From an uncultured archaeon (GTDB lineage Archaea; Altiarchaeota; Altiarchaeia; IMC4; CAZEGI01), in assembly GCA_964512105.1 (NCBI GenBank), contig CAZEGI010000002.1:15125-79124 (forward strand): a stretch of 64,000 bases of DNA, in the 5' to 3' direction. Shown here piece after piece: positions 46,898-55,824 of this stretch. The notes beneath the pieces are model-generated. The model was not told the DNA's origin. It worked only from the letters and a program-made list of their open reading frames with translations, and searched no databases. A program made the position numbers and the translations under genes. Numbering within the stretch: the first letter of the stretch is position 1; every line of letters begins with the position of its first letter.

Positions 46898-47839
46898 CTA
46901 CTTCCCAACAGAAGCGAGACGCGCGAGAAGTGCCTCCAGTTGAATGCGTTCGTTCGCGCCTTCAACAAGAGTGAAGTTCGTTTCACCCACCAAATCAACA
47001 ATGTGGACTTTTTTTTCGTCCGGCAATTCCAAATTCATTGCCTCGGAGTTCATCTGCAGAAGTATGTCCTCCCCCGATAAGCCCTGGGCCAGCATGAGGC
47101 TATCCAGCAGGTTTCGTGCGTCAAGAAACTTACCTTTGAGCGCGAGCCCCATCATGTTTTTTATGTCCTCCGGCCTCGCGCGCGATGCGATTGAGAAAAC
47201 GGATTTCTCATCCACATGTCCGAGGGCGGCCGCAGTCTGTGCGACGTTTATCGCCTTTCTTAAATCACCTTCGGATATGTAAACTATGGCGTCTATCCCG
47301 TCCTTCGTGTGCTTCACCTTTTCTTCCTTGAGTATGTGCTCCACCATCCTTGCGATGTCCTCTTTTTTCAGGCGTTTGAACCTGAAGATTGCGCACCGGC
47401 TCTGTATGGGTTCAATAATTTTTGAGCTGTAATTGCACGAAAGGATGAAGCGGCACGTTTCCGTGTAACTCTCCATGGTTCTTCTGAGCGCGTTCTGCGC
47501 TTCCGGAGTGAGTGCATCTGCTTCGTCAAGGAATATTATCTTAAACTCGCTCCCTATGGGTCGCGTTCGTGCGAAATCCTTGATCTTTGTTCTCACGACG
47601 TCGATACCGCGCTCGTCAGATGCGTTCAGCTCGAGGAAACCCTGGTGGATATCGCCGAAAAGTTCCCTGGCAATGCACAGCGCAGCTGTTGTTTTTCCGC
47701 ATCCCGCAGGGCCCGCAAAAAGCAGATGCGGCATGGACTTTACCTTCACGTACGCTTCTAAACGGTCGGTTATGTGCTCCTGCCCGACCATGTCTTTGAG
47801 TTTTTTCGGCCTGTATTTCTCAGTCCAGGGTAATTCCAT
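46898..47839 (-). CDS. rfcS: Replication factor C small subunit (no intein)
   Basis: PWTEKYRP, GPAGCGKT, ELNASDERG, DEAD, IQSRC. Confidence 0.97.
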   Translation of the reverse strand: MELPWTEKYRPKKLKDMVGQEHITDRLEAYVKVKSMPHLLFAGPAGCGKTTAALCIARELFGDIHQGFLELNASDERGIDVVRTKIKDFARTRPIGSEFKIIFLDEADALTPEAQNALRRTMESYTETCRFILSCNYSSKIIEPIQSRCAIFRFKRLKKEDIARMVEHILKEEKVKHTKDGIDAIVYISEGDLRKAINVAQTAAALGHVDEKSVFSIASRARPEDIKNMMGLALKGKFLDARNLLDSLMLAQGLSGEDILLQMNSEAMNLELPDEKKVHIVDLVGETNFTLVEGANERIQLEALLARLASVGK

Positions 47840-47964
47840 CTTACGTCTATAGTTTTGTACGGCTGTGTGAACTACTTATCTTGATCTAAGGTGTATTCGC
47901 CAGAGCGAATACGCCACTTTTGATAAACCTTTTGGAAAAAGGTTTGGGGAGTTCCATCTTGCGT
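47828..47964 (-). mobile_element. Hairpin mini-element (family A) flanked by 19-nt copies of the rfcS start
   Basis: acgcaagATGGAACTCCCC | AAACCTTTT-TCC-AAAAGGTTT-ATCAAAA, GTATTCGC-N4-GCGAATAC ... | acgtaagATGGAATTACCC. Confidence 0.75.
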
Positions 47965-47975
47965 AGTTATTATCC

Positions 47976-47990
47976 AAAAATCCTTATAAA
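47976..47990 (+). promoter_or_regulatory. Putative BRE/TATA of ileS
   Basis: AAAAATCCTTATAAA about 25-30 nt upstream of the leader element. Confidence 0.5.
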
Positions 47991-48015
47991 CTGAGAATAC
48001 ACTTAATTTAACTTT

Positions 48016-48123
48016 AAAATCAGATACTCCACCCTAGTTGCGGAGTATTACTTCCAAACACGCAAATGGGTATCGGAGGTGTAAACGCGAGGTAGATACA
48101 ATTCATATCCTCGCGTGTTTGTA
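48016..48123. mobile_element. Two-hairpin element, copy 1 (family B; IS200/IS605-end-like or structured leader) before the ileS ATG
   Basis: Shares two conserved blocks with 51267-51384, including the identical TATCCTCGCGTGTTTGTA|ATGA. Confidence 0.7.
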
Positions 48124-51100
48124 ATGAGACCCGCAGGCGAGTACAAACCCAGGGGAATGGAGGAGGGAATCCTCAAATTCTGGAAGGAAAAGGGCATTCC
48201 GGAAAGGACACTGACTGACGGCAAAAAACGCTTCTCCTTTCTGGAGGGGCCGCCAACGCCGAATGCGCCACCTGCACTTCACCATGTTGAAGTCCGCGCC
48301 TTCAAGGACCTTGTGAACCGGTTTAAATTCATGCAGGGTTTCAGTGTTCCGAGAAAGGCAGGATGGGACTGCCACGGGTTGCCTGTGGAAGTGCAGATAG
48401 AGAAGAAACTGAAGCTGAACTCGAAGAAGGAGATTGTAAGTTACGGGATTGACAGGTTCGTGGAGGAGTGCAGAAAAAGCGTCTTCAGCAACATCGAGGA
48501 CTGGAACAAACTCACTGAGAGAATGGCGTACTGGATTGATATGGAAAATCCCTATGTCACCATGCGCAACGAATACATCGAGAGCGTCTGGTGGTCGCTG
48601 AAGGAGATCTGGAAGAAAGGTTTGCTTTACCTGGATCACAAAGTCGTTCCCTACTGCCCGAGATGCGGAACGCCGCTTTCGAGCCACGAGGTTGCACTCG
48701 GATATCAGGAAATTAAAGAAGAAACCGTCATAGTGCGGTTTCAGGCGAAGGATAAGGACTTTTATTTTTTGGCATGGACCACGACGCCGTGGACGTTACT
48801 CTCGAACCTCGCGCTTGCGGTAAACCCGAAGTTGGAATATGCGAAGATAAGGTACAAGGGCGAGAACTACGTGCTCGCAAAGGAGCTTGCTGAAAAGCGA
48901 TTTCCTGATTCGGAAGTTCTCGAAACCTTCATGGGCAGCGAGCTTTTGGGTATCGAGTATCAGCCGTTATTCAGCCATTTTGTAGGAAAACTGGACAAGA
49001 AGGCATGGTTCGTTATAGGAGGCGATTTTGTAACAATCGAGGAGGGGACAGGAATCGTTCACATCGCGCCGGCATTCGGCGAGGACGACTTCAACGCAGG
49101 GAAGAAGAACAACCTGCCCCTAGTCAATCCCATAAGCGAGGACGGCAAGTTTACGGAGCAGATACCGGAACTGAAAGGCATGTTTGCAAAGGATGCGGAC
49201 TCAAGGATTGTGAGCATTCTCGAGGAGCAGGACGCGCTGATAGCGAAGTATCCTTACAAGCACGACTACCCATTCTGCTGGCGCTGTTCATCACCGCTTT
49301 TGTATTATGCAATGAAATCCTGGTTCATAGCCATGGAGAAGCTGAAAAAAAACCTCATCAGCAACAACAACAGGGTCAAGTGGTTCCCGGAGCACATGAA
49401 GAGCGGCAGGTTTGGAGACTGGCTCGAGAACGTCAAGGACTGGTCGCTTTCAAGAAACAGGTTCTGGGGAACGCCGCTTCCGATTTGGATTTGTGAATGT
49501 GGAAACAAGGAAGTTATCGGGTCAAGAAAGGAGCTGACTGAAAAATCCGCGAGTAAGATTGATGCAAACATTGATTTGCACCGACCATATGTGGACAAGG
49601 TAAAGCTCAAATGCAGGTGCGGAAAACTTATGAGCCGGGTGGATTACGTGATTGACTGCTGGTACGATTCCGGTGCAGCAACCTTCGCGCAGTACCATTA
49701 TCCGTTTGAAAATAAGGAATTGTTTGAGAGGAGTTTTCCGTACGATTTCATCTGCGAGGCAACGGACCAGACAAGAGGATGGTTCTACACACTGCTTGCA
49801 ATCTCAACCGTGATTTTCAACAAACCGGCTTACAAGAGCGTTGTTGTTGGCGGTTTGCTGTTGGATGACAAAGGCGAAAAAATGTCCTCAAGCAAGGACA
49901 ACATAATACATCCATGGGATCTTTTCAACACCGTCGGTGCGGACGCCGTGAGGTTGCAGATGTTCGCAACAGCGCCCTGGAACGCAAAGCGATTCGGGAA
50001 GGAAACTTTGGATGAAACAGCAATACCAATGCTGAGAACGCTGTGGAGCTGCTATGAGTTCACGACGCGATACATGCTGCTGGACAGGTTCGAGCCGAGC
50101 AAACACCAACTGGGAGACGCAAAACTCAGGATTGAGGACGAGTGGATTCTGTCAGCTGTTGACGCGCTTGCGGAAAACGTAAACAGGAATCTTGAAAACA
50201 ACGATTACCACCACCTCGTTGCGAACATGAACAATTTCGTCACCGAAGACCTGTCAAGGGGTTACATAAAACTCATACGTGACAGGTTATGGCTCGAGGA
50301 CAAGGGCAGTAAGATGGATGAATCAAAGTTTGCGGCGTATGTAACGCTGTCCGAAGTTTTCAGGAGGTTGTGTACTATTCTTGCACCGGCAGCGCCCTTC
50401 ATTGCAGAAGAGATCTACCAGAATCTGGTTAAAGGCAGGGAGGAGAGCGTGCATTTCCTGAAGTGGCCGAAGCCCGAGCACATCAACCCTGAACTTGGAT
50501 TCCAGATGAACCTTGCAAAAAAGATTTTCGAGGCAGGGAGCAACTGCAGGCAGAACGCTGGAATAAAACTCAGGCACCCTATAAAATCCGTAACCGTGGT
50601 TGGCGACTCGAAAGTCAGAAAAACCGTTGATACTCTCGGAGAAGTGATAAAGAAGCAACTGAACGCCAAGGATGTGAAATTTGTGGATGAGATTCCTGGC
50701 ACAAAGTATATCGGAGTTCCGAATTTCAAGATTCTTGGACCGAAATTCGGTAAGGATGCTGTCCGGGTTGCGGAACTCATACGTGAAAACGGAAAGAAAC
50801 TAAGGGAGCGTAAAAAAATAAATCTGGACGGTTACGAGATAACTCCCGAGATGGTTTCCGATGTGAGGGTTGAAACTCCCGAGGGATATATATCGGCTGC
50901 GTTCGCCCTTGAAAATACCAGCGGAATCGTGTACATAGATGCAGAGCGCGACCCAAGTTTACTGCACGAGGCGCTTGCCCGTGATGTCATAAGAAACGTC
51001 CAGGAGCTCAGGAAAAAATCAAATCTTGAGGAACTTGAGCGCATACACGTCTTTATAACCGATACCGCAATGGTGAGGGAAATGCTGAAGGGCTTCGAGC

Positions 51101-51216
51101 GTGTTGTCCTTGACGAGGTCAGGGCGGACAAAATCGTGCTGGAAAAAAGCGTTAAGGGTGCGGAATTCGAATTCGACGAGGAAACAATAAGCGTCGGCAT
51201 AAAAACCGGTTTTTAA
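48124..51216 (+). CDS. ileS: Isoleucine-tRNA ligase (type 2) with ALHH and KMSSS motifs
   Basis: EGPP, GWDCHGLP, WTTTPWT, GTGIVH, DWSLSRNRFWGTP, DQTRGWF. Confidence 0.96.
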   Translation: MRPAGEYKPRGMEEGILKFWKEKGIPERTLTDGKKRFSFLEGPPTPNAPPALHHVEVRAFKDLVNRFKFMQGFSVPRKAGWDCHGLPVEVQIEKKLKLNSKKEIVSYGIDRFVEECRKSVFSNIEDWNKLTERMAYWIDMENPYVTMRNEYIESVWWSLKEIWKKGLLYLDHKVVPYCPRCGTPLSSHEVALGYQEIKEETVIVRFQAKDKDFYFLAWTTTPWTLLSNLALAVNPKLEYAKIRYKGENYVLAKELAEKRFPDSEVLETFMGSELLGIEYQPLFSHFVGKLDKKAWFVIGGDFVTIEEGTGIVHIAPAFGEDDFNAGKKNNLPLVNPISEDGKFTEQIPELKGMFAKDADSRIVSILEEQDALIAKYPYKHDYPFCWRCSSPLLYYAMKSWFIAMEKLKKNLISNNNRVKWFPEHMKSGRFGDWLENVKDWSLSRNRFWGTPLPIWICECGNKEVIGSRKELTEKSASKIDANIDLHRPYVDKVKLKCRCGKLMSRVDYVIDCWYDSGAATFAQYHYPFENKELFERSFPYDFICEATDQTRGWFYTLLAISTVIFNKPAYKSVVVGGLLLDDKGEKMSSSKDNIIHPWDLFNTVGADAVRLQMFATAPWNAKRFGKETLDETAIPMLRTLWSCYEFTTRYMLLDRFEPSKHQLGDAKLRIEDEWILSAVDALAENVNRNLENNDYHHLVANMNNFVTEDLSRGYIKLIRDRLWLEDKGSKMDESKFAAYVTLSEVFRRLCTILAPAAPFIAEEIYQNLVKGREESVHFLKWPKPEHINPELGFQMNLAKKIFEAGSNCRQNAGIKLRHPIKSVTVVGDSKVRKTVDTLGEVIKKQLNAKDVKFVDEIPGTKYIGVPNFKILGPKFGKDAVRVAELIRENGKKLRERKKINLDGYEITPEMVSDVRVETPEGYISAAFALENTSGIVYIDAERDPSLLHEALARDVIRNVQELRKKSNLEELERIHVFITDTAMVREMLKGFERVVLDEVRADKIVLEKSVKGAEFEFDEETISVGIKTGF

Positions 51217-51220
51217 CCCC

Positions 51221-51236
51221 CAAAACATTTTTATAT
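51221..51236 (+). promoter_or_regulatory. Putative BRE/TATA of the rpl21e operon
   Basis: CAAAACATTTTTATAT about 30 nt upstream of the leader element. Confidence 0.5.
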
Positions 51237-51266
51237 CCTAATACTTAAAGATATTACCTTTGGTTC

Positions 51267-51384
51267 AAAATCAAATACTCCACCCTAAAGGGCGGAGTAT
51301 GACTTACAAACACTAGAATGTACAAAAACCAAAAACAGGGGGGTGGAAACGCGAGGTAGAGGAATGTATCCTCGCGTGTTTGTA
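51267..51384. mobile_element. Two-hairpin element, copy 2 (family B) before the rpl21e ATG
   Basis: ATACTCCACCCTAAAGGGCGGAGTAT and ACGCGAGG...CCTCGCGT stems; homologous to 48016-48123. Confidence 0.7.
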
Positions 51385-51666
51385 ATGAAGGGCTCAAAGG
51401 GTTACCGGCGTGGAACGCGGAAACTAATCGTTAAACCGAGGGCGAGAGGCAAGTTCAGCATACGGAAGGAACTGCAAACGTTCGAAGACAACGACAAGGT
51501 TGCGGTAACCATAAACCCCCACTACCAGGCCATCCCAAACCCACGCCTCAGGGGCAAATGTGGCAGGGTGGTCGGTAGGCAGGGTAGGGCATATTTCGTG
51601 GAACTAAAGGACGGCAACAAGCTAAAAAAAGTTCTGATAACACCGGAACATTTAACTTCAGTATAA
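51385..51666 (+). CDS. rpl21e: Ribosomal protein L21e
   Basis: SKGYRRGTRKL, GKCGRVVGRQGRAY, PEHL. Confidence 0.95.
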   Translation: MKGSKGYRRGTRKLIVKPRARGKFSIRKELQTFEDNDKVAVTINPHYQAIPNPRLRGKCGRVVGRQGRAYFVELKDGNKLKKVLITPEHLTSV

Positions 51667-51672
51667 ATCAAA

Positions 51673-52017
51673 ATGGAATCTCTGGGCGGCGGGCCGATAC
51701 CGATGGCCGAGGTCAGGAACATCCTGAACGAAACGAAGAGAAGATACAAGGATGAGGATAAGGAGCCGTTGTACGAACAGAAGCGGGCTCTGGAACACGT
51801 CCAGAAGTTTGTGAGATTAACGGCGGCAGACACAAAAAAGCTGTTCGCCCAACTGAAGGAACTGCCACTGCAGCTTACGGACGAGCAGGCAGTGAAGATT
51901 GCGGACCTTCTGCCGGAAACGGTCGACGACGTGAGGGCGATATTCGCGAAGGAACGCTTTAAATACAAAGAAGACGAAATCAAACAGATAACGGATCTGG
52001 TTGACCAATACCGTTGA
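51673..52017 (+). CDS. rpoF: RNA polymerase subunit F (Rpo4)
   Basis: YEQKRALEH, KIADLLP...VRAIFAKE; rpl21e-rpoF-DUF655 gene order. Confidence 0.93.
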   Translation: MESLGGGPIPMAEVRNILNETKRRYKDEDKEPLYEQKRALEHVQKFVRLTAADTKKLFAQLKELPLQLTDEQAVKIADLLPETVDDVRAIFAKERFKYKEDEIKQITDLVDQYR

Positions 52018-52058
52018 TGCTGAAAAACAAGAGGTTCTAAAAAATTCACGAGGTTAAA

Positions 52059-52634
52059 ATGGAAAAGGATGAATACGTCCAAATACTGGACTTCCTGCCG
52101 AGGGGGAAATCCGAAATGCCGCCGCACAAGCGCAAGCCGATAGCGCAGGCCGTGGGTGAGAAGTACTTTTCCCTGCTCGAGATAGTGCCGCGGGCGGGGA
52201 TATCCTTCAACCAGGGGGAGCGGGTTTACATCGGTGAGGGGGTCAGGGACAAGGTTGACCACATAGAGCGCAGGATAAAGTTCGACTGGCTCACGCCGAC
52301 TGCCAAAACCGAGCTGCCGTTAATCCTGGAGAAAATCATACGGGAAAACGAGGGCAGTTTCATAAACTTTTACAATACCGCGGGCATAATAAGCACGCGC
52401 CAGCACAAACTCGAGATACTGCCGAGAATCGGGAAGCGGCACAGGCAGGAAATACTTGACGAGAGGGGGAGGGAGCCATTCAAGAGCTTCGAGGACATGC
52501 AAAAGCGTATTAAGAACATTCCCGATCCTGTGCGAATCCTGGCGGACAAGATTGTGGAGGAACTGCAGGGTAAAAGCAAATACCTCCTTTTCGTGCCTCT
52601 GGTTAGGGACACAAGGCCTGGGACGCATTTTTAA
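52059..52634 (+). CDS. DUF655 family putative RNA-binding protein
   Basis: LDFLPRG, AQAVGEKYFSLLE, HKLEILPRIGK, PFKSFED. Confidence 0.9.
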   Translation: MEKDEYVQILDFLPRGKSEMPPHKRKPIAQAVGEKYFSLLEIVPRAGISFNQGERVYIGEGVRDKVDHIERRIKFDWLTPTAKTELPLILEKIIRENEGSFINFYNTAGIISTRQHKLEILPRIGKRHRQEILDERGREPFKSFEDMQKRIKNIPDPVRILADKIVEELQGKSKYLLFVPLVRDTRPGTHF

Positions 52635-52676
52635 ATTCTCAATAGAATGTTATAAACCAGTTCGAGGGTGATAGAG

Positions 52677-52865
52677 ATGGTGAAGATTAAAATAGATGCG
52701 GAAAAGTGCATCGGCTGCGGTGCATGCGTGAATGCATGTCCAGTGAACATGTACGAGATAGTGGATGAGAAGTCGAAGATAACCGGAGATCTGAACAGTT
52801 GTGTGCTTTGCAGGGCGTGCGAAACTGGTTGTCCTTCAGGAGCAATAAAAGTAAGTGAGAAGTGA
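52677..52865 (+). CDS. 2[4Fe-4S] ferredoxin
   Basis: [12 protein letters not shown] and [12 protein letters not shown]. Confidence 0.93.
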   Translation: MVKIKIDAEKCIGCGACVNACPVNMYEIVDEKSKITGDLNSCVLCRACETGCPSGAIKVSEK

Positions 52866-52875
52866 GGTGGTAGAT

Positions 52876-53175
52876 ATGGCTGGAATGGCTGAAGAAAAAA
52901 AGAGAGCGGACGACAACGTCGTCTTTATAGGGAAAAAGGGGATAATGAGTTACGTGTTGGCTGTCATTACACAGTTCAACAACGGCGAATCGGAAGTTAT
53001 AGTGAAGGCGAGAGGCAGGGCAATAAGCAGAGCGGTTGATGTGGCCGAAATAGTGAGGCAGAGGTTCGTGCAGAACCTCCAGACAAGAAACATAGAGATT
53101 TCGACAGAGGAAATCAATGGTGAGGAAGGTCCAATAAAGGTTTCGGCTATTGAAATTACGCTGGCTAAAGCTTAA
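52876..53175 (+). CDS. albA: DNA/RNA-binding protein Alba
   Basis: [27 protein letters not shown]. Confidence 0.96.
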   Translation: MAGMAEEKKRADDNVVFIGKKGIMSYVLAVITQFNNGESEVIVKARGRAISRAVDVAEIVRQRFVQNLQTRNIEISTEEINGEEGPIKVSAIEITLAKA

Positions 53176-53241
53176 CCCGCCGGAATCCCCAAGCGACGGG
53201 CGTTCTTTACCATTTGTTTTATTTTACCCGATTGAACAACA

Positions 53242-53730
53242 ATGGCACTACCGATATGCAACATTTGCGCAAAAACAGGAGTTTTGTGTTCGTCATGCGA
53301 GTCAAAACTGAAGGAGGGCAGAATTTCAGAACTTGACGTAGAGTTATCCAAAATCCTATACAAAATCGGAAAGGGCGAGATAGGTTTTGAGAAATCTCTT
53401 GACACAAAGGATTTCGTGATAATACTGGCAAAAAAAGAGGACATAGGCAAGATCATCGGCAAGAACGGCGTGAACATACGTCAGTTGTCAAGCAAACTCA
53501 ACAAGCAGGTTAGGGTTATCGGGACAGGAAACCTTGAAGATACAATCTACGATTTTGTCGCGCCCGCGCGGATTCTCGGGATAAACACGGTTTACCGACC
53601 GGACAACACGACCATAAAGCGCGTCAGGATAAACAAAAAAGACAAGAAAAAACTCCGCATGAAAATCGAGGAAATCCAGAAGCTGATTTCCTCGCTGACG
53701 GACAGCGTGATTGAGATAAGTTTCGACTAA
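53242..53730 (+). CDS. NusA-like KH-domain protein with N-terminal Cys4 motif
   Basis: PICNICAKTGVLCSSC, IGKIIGKNG, PARILGIN. Confidence 0.85.
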   Translation: MALPICNICAKTGVLCSSCESKLKEGRISELDVELSKILYKIGKGEIGFEKSLDTKDFVIILAKKEDIGKIIGKNGVNIRQLSSKLNKQVRVIGTGNLEDTIYDFVAPARILGINTVYRPDNTTIKRVRINKKDKKKLRMKIEEIQKLISSLTDSVIEISFD

Positions 53731-53762
53731 ACATTTATATCCACACATTCAGAATTCTTTAC

Positions 53763-54761
53763 ATGTGGTTTGTAATTTATATACTCGCTTTTTTGGTTTC
53801 CGTCTATCTCATACTCCGCGGCTCGGACTGGATTACGGACTCGTCGGTTCATGTCGCACGCAGGCTCGGGACCAGCAACCTAGCTGTCGGCCTGATTGTG
53901 ATATCGTTCCTTCTGAGCCTGCCTGAGCTTGTTATTGCCATTTCGTCAATACTCAAGGGCCGTCCCGCGTTGGGTTTTGGCGCGAACATAGGTTCTGTAA
54001 TCGTGAACATCGGGCTGATCGTCGGTATATCCGCCCTCATAAGACCGATGCGCGTGCCCCGCATCATGGTGACGCGGGACATGATTTTCATGGTTGTTGT
54101 TTCCATCGTTGTGGTTGCGATGGCCATAGAGGATCGCTCGCTTTCGAGAACTGATGGTTTTGTATTCGTGCTGCTGTTTATACCCTACGTTATAAACGTC
54201 TACGAGCAGGAGCGTAACCTAACTTACCACGAGCGGAGGGTCAAGAGCGAGAAGCTGACCGAAGCCCTTGAAACCTATGGTGAATATGTGCCGGACCACA
54301 AGCCAAGATTTGGCCTGAACTACTTCATTCTTGGAATTTTTACACTGATTGTGGGTTCTGAAATTTTCATAAGGATATTGCTCAGTGTGGCATCGCTCAT
54401 GAATCTCCCAGACCTCCTTGTCGGTGTAACTCTGGGCGCACTTGGCCCTAGCATTCCGAATCTCGCGGCTGCCTTAGGTGCGGCAAGAAAGGGCGTCGAG
54501 GAGCTTGTTGTTTCAGAAACCCTGGGCTCGAACATCTTCACCCTGCTGATAACGCTCGGCATAATAGCCATACTCAGCCCCATGACGATAGACGATGCAA
54601 CTGTTATGATTACCGCGCCAACACTCCTGCTCGTAACCTTTGTCCTGCTTATCGCGATGTTGAAAGGCCATATACGGAGAAGGGACGGCATGCTTCTGGT
54701 CCTAATCTACGTTTGTGCGCTTATAGTTGAATTCGTCTTCAGGAGAAACGGCTTAATCTAA
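53763..54761 (+). CDS. Na+/Ca2+ exchanger (CaCA, YrbG-like)
   Basis: Alpha repeats SLPE...GSVIVN and SIPN...GSNIF. Confidence 0.88.
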   Translation: MWFVIYILAFLVSVYLILRGSDWITDSSVHVARRLGTSNLAVGLIVISFLLSLPELVIAISSILKGRPALGFGANIGSVIVNIGLIVGISALIRPMRVPRIMVTRDMIFMVVVSIVVVAMAIEDRSLSRTDGFVFVLLFIPYVINVYEQERNLTYHERRVKSEKLTEALETYGEYVPDHKPRFGLNYFILGIFTLIVGSEIFIRILLSVASLMNLPDLLVGVTLGALGPSIPNLAAALGAARKGVEELVVSETLGSNIFTLLITLGIIAILSPMTIDDATVMITAPTLLLVTFVLLIAMLKGHIRRRDGMLLVLIYVCALIVEFVFRRNGLI

Positions 54762-54762
54762 T

Positions 54763-55824
54763 CTAAACAAGATTTCTAACAACCCTCAACATCGTTCCGC
54801 AGTCTAGCAGCATGTTGGTGTATGACGCATTCGCTAATGGACAGAAGCATTCCCCACGTTTGATTTTTTCACGTTCCCGATTTGCGGCTTCACCAAACCA
54901 CAGGCGTCTGAAATCGTATCCGTTTTCCCTCAAATTTCCGAGTTTCTGCCCCTTAACGCAGCAAAACCACACGTCTCCGCTTGCAGAAATTTGTGCAGAC
55001 GCAAAGCCCGCATAGCATGGAATGACCTGCCACCCCTCTAACAGGATTTTTTTCACAATTTCGTAATACTCAAGGCGGAACGCTTCCGTTATCCGGGATA
55101 ATCCGCCAAATTTTTTATTTTTTATCCATTCTGAAAGAAAATCTACTGTTTTTTCGTAATCCTCTGGGTTCGGGGTGATGTCAGATTCCATAGTGCCTAA
55201 CTCAACCCGTTTCTCTGCAATCTCCGTTATGTACGAATCCGGATTCAGTTTTTCAAGATATTCATAAATTTCGGGAATGCGCGAAACATTGAATTTTGAT
55301 ATGACGGTGTGGATACCAAGGGTAAAATTTTTACCCCTTATTTTTTTCAATTCCTTGTACGTTTTTATCGCGTTTTCAAAACTTCCCTTCACGCCCCGAA
55401 TCTCATCGTGTTTCTCATCAATCCCGTCAATCGAGACGTTCACAACGAGCTGCGCTTCCGGGCATTTTTTGAGAATGTTCCTCGCAATCTCGGCAGTATC
55501 CTTTACAGAACCGTTGGTCGGTATGTTCACGATTTTTGGCCTGCAGGTTTCGTATAAATCCAAACAAATTTCCACAAGGTCTTTCCTCAGGAAGGGCTCT
55601 CCGCCACTGAGCGTGACCCAGTACGGCTGTCCGATGTTTTTGAATATCCTCTTGAACTCTTCAAGGGTGAGGTCGTTTTTTTCCGATTTCCAGATGTTGC
55701 AGGTTCTGCATCTCGAGTTGCATTTCGATGTGACGCTTACCGTTAAATTCAACGGCAGCAGTTTTGGATAACCGAACTTCCTGAACGTTTTGTAAAGCGG
55801 AATTCGTGGTAGCAGTTCAAACAT
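54763..55824 (-). CDS. Radical SAM protein with SPASM/twitch domain
   Basis: CNSRCRTC, SGGEPF, CYAG...GDVWFCC. Confidence 0.9.
   Translation of the reverse strand: MFELLPRIPLYKTFRKFGYPKLLPLNLTVSVTSKCNSRCRTCNIWKSEKNDLTLEEFKRIFKNIGQPYWVTLSGGEPFLRKDLVEICLDLYETCRPKIVNIPTNGSVKDTAEIARNILKKCPEAQLVVNVSIDGIDEKHDEIRGVKGSFENAIKTYKELKKIRGKNFTLGIHTVISKFNVSRIPEIYEYLEKLNPDSYITEIAEKRVELGTMESDITPNPEDYEKTVDFLSEWIKNKKFGGLSRITEAFRLEYYEIVKKILLEGWQVIPCYAGFASAQISASGDVWFCCVKGQKLGNLRENGYDFRRLWFGEAANREREKIKRGECFCPLANASYTNMLLDCGTMLRVVRNLV

Noticed and set aside
51301..51384. Hammerhead ribozyme (GAAAC-stem-GU in a three-way arrangement)
   Set aside because: No CUGAUGA core, and the would-be cleavage triplet is GUG
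51343..51384. N-terminal extension of L21e (and MFV on IleRS)
   Set aside because: Arises from GTG/ATG codons inside the shared element; homologous sequence begins at the ATGA
53174..53204. Possible SECIS-like hairpin after alba
   Set aside because: Pairing is poor and no neighbouring gene has an in-frame UGA at a Cys-like position
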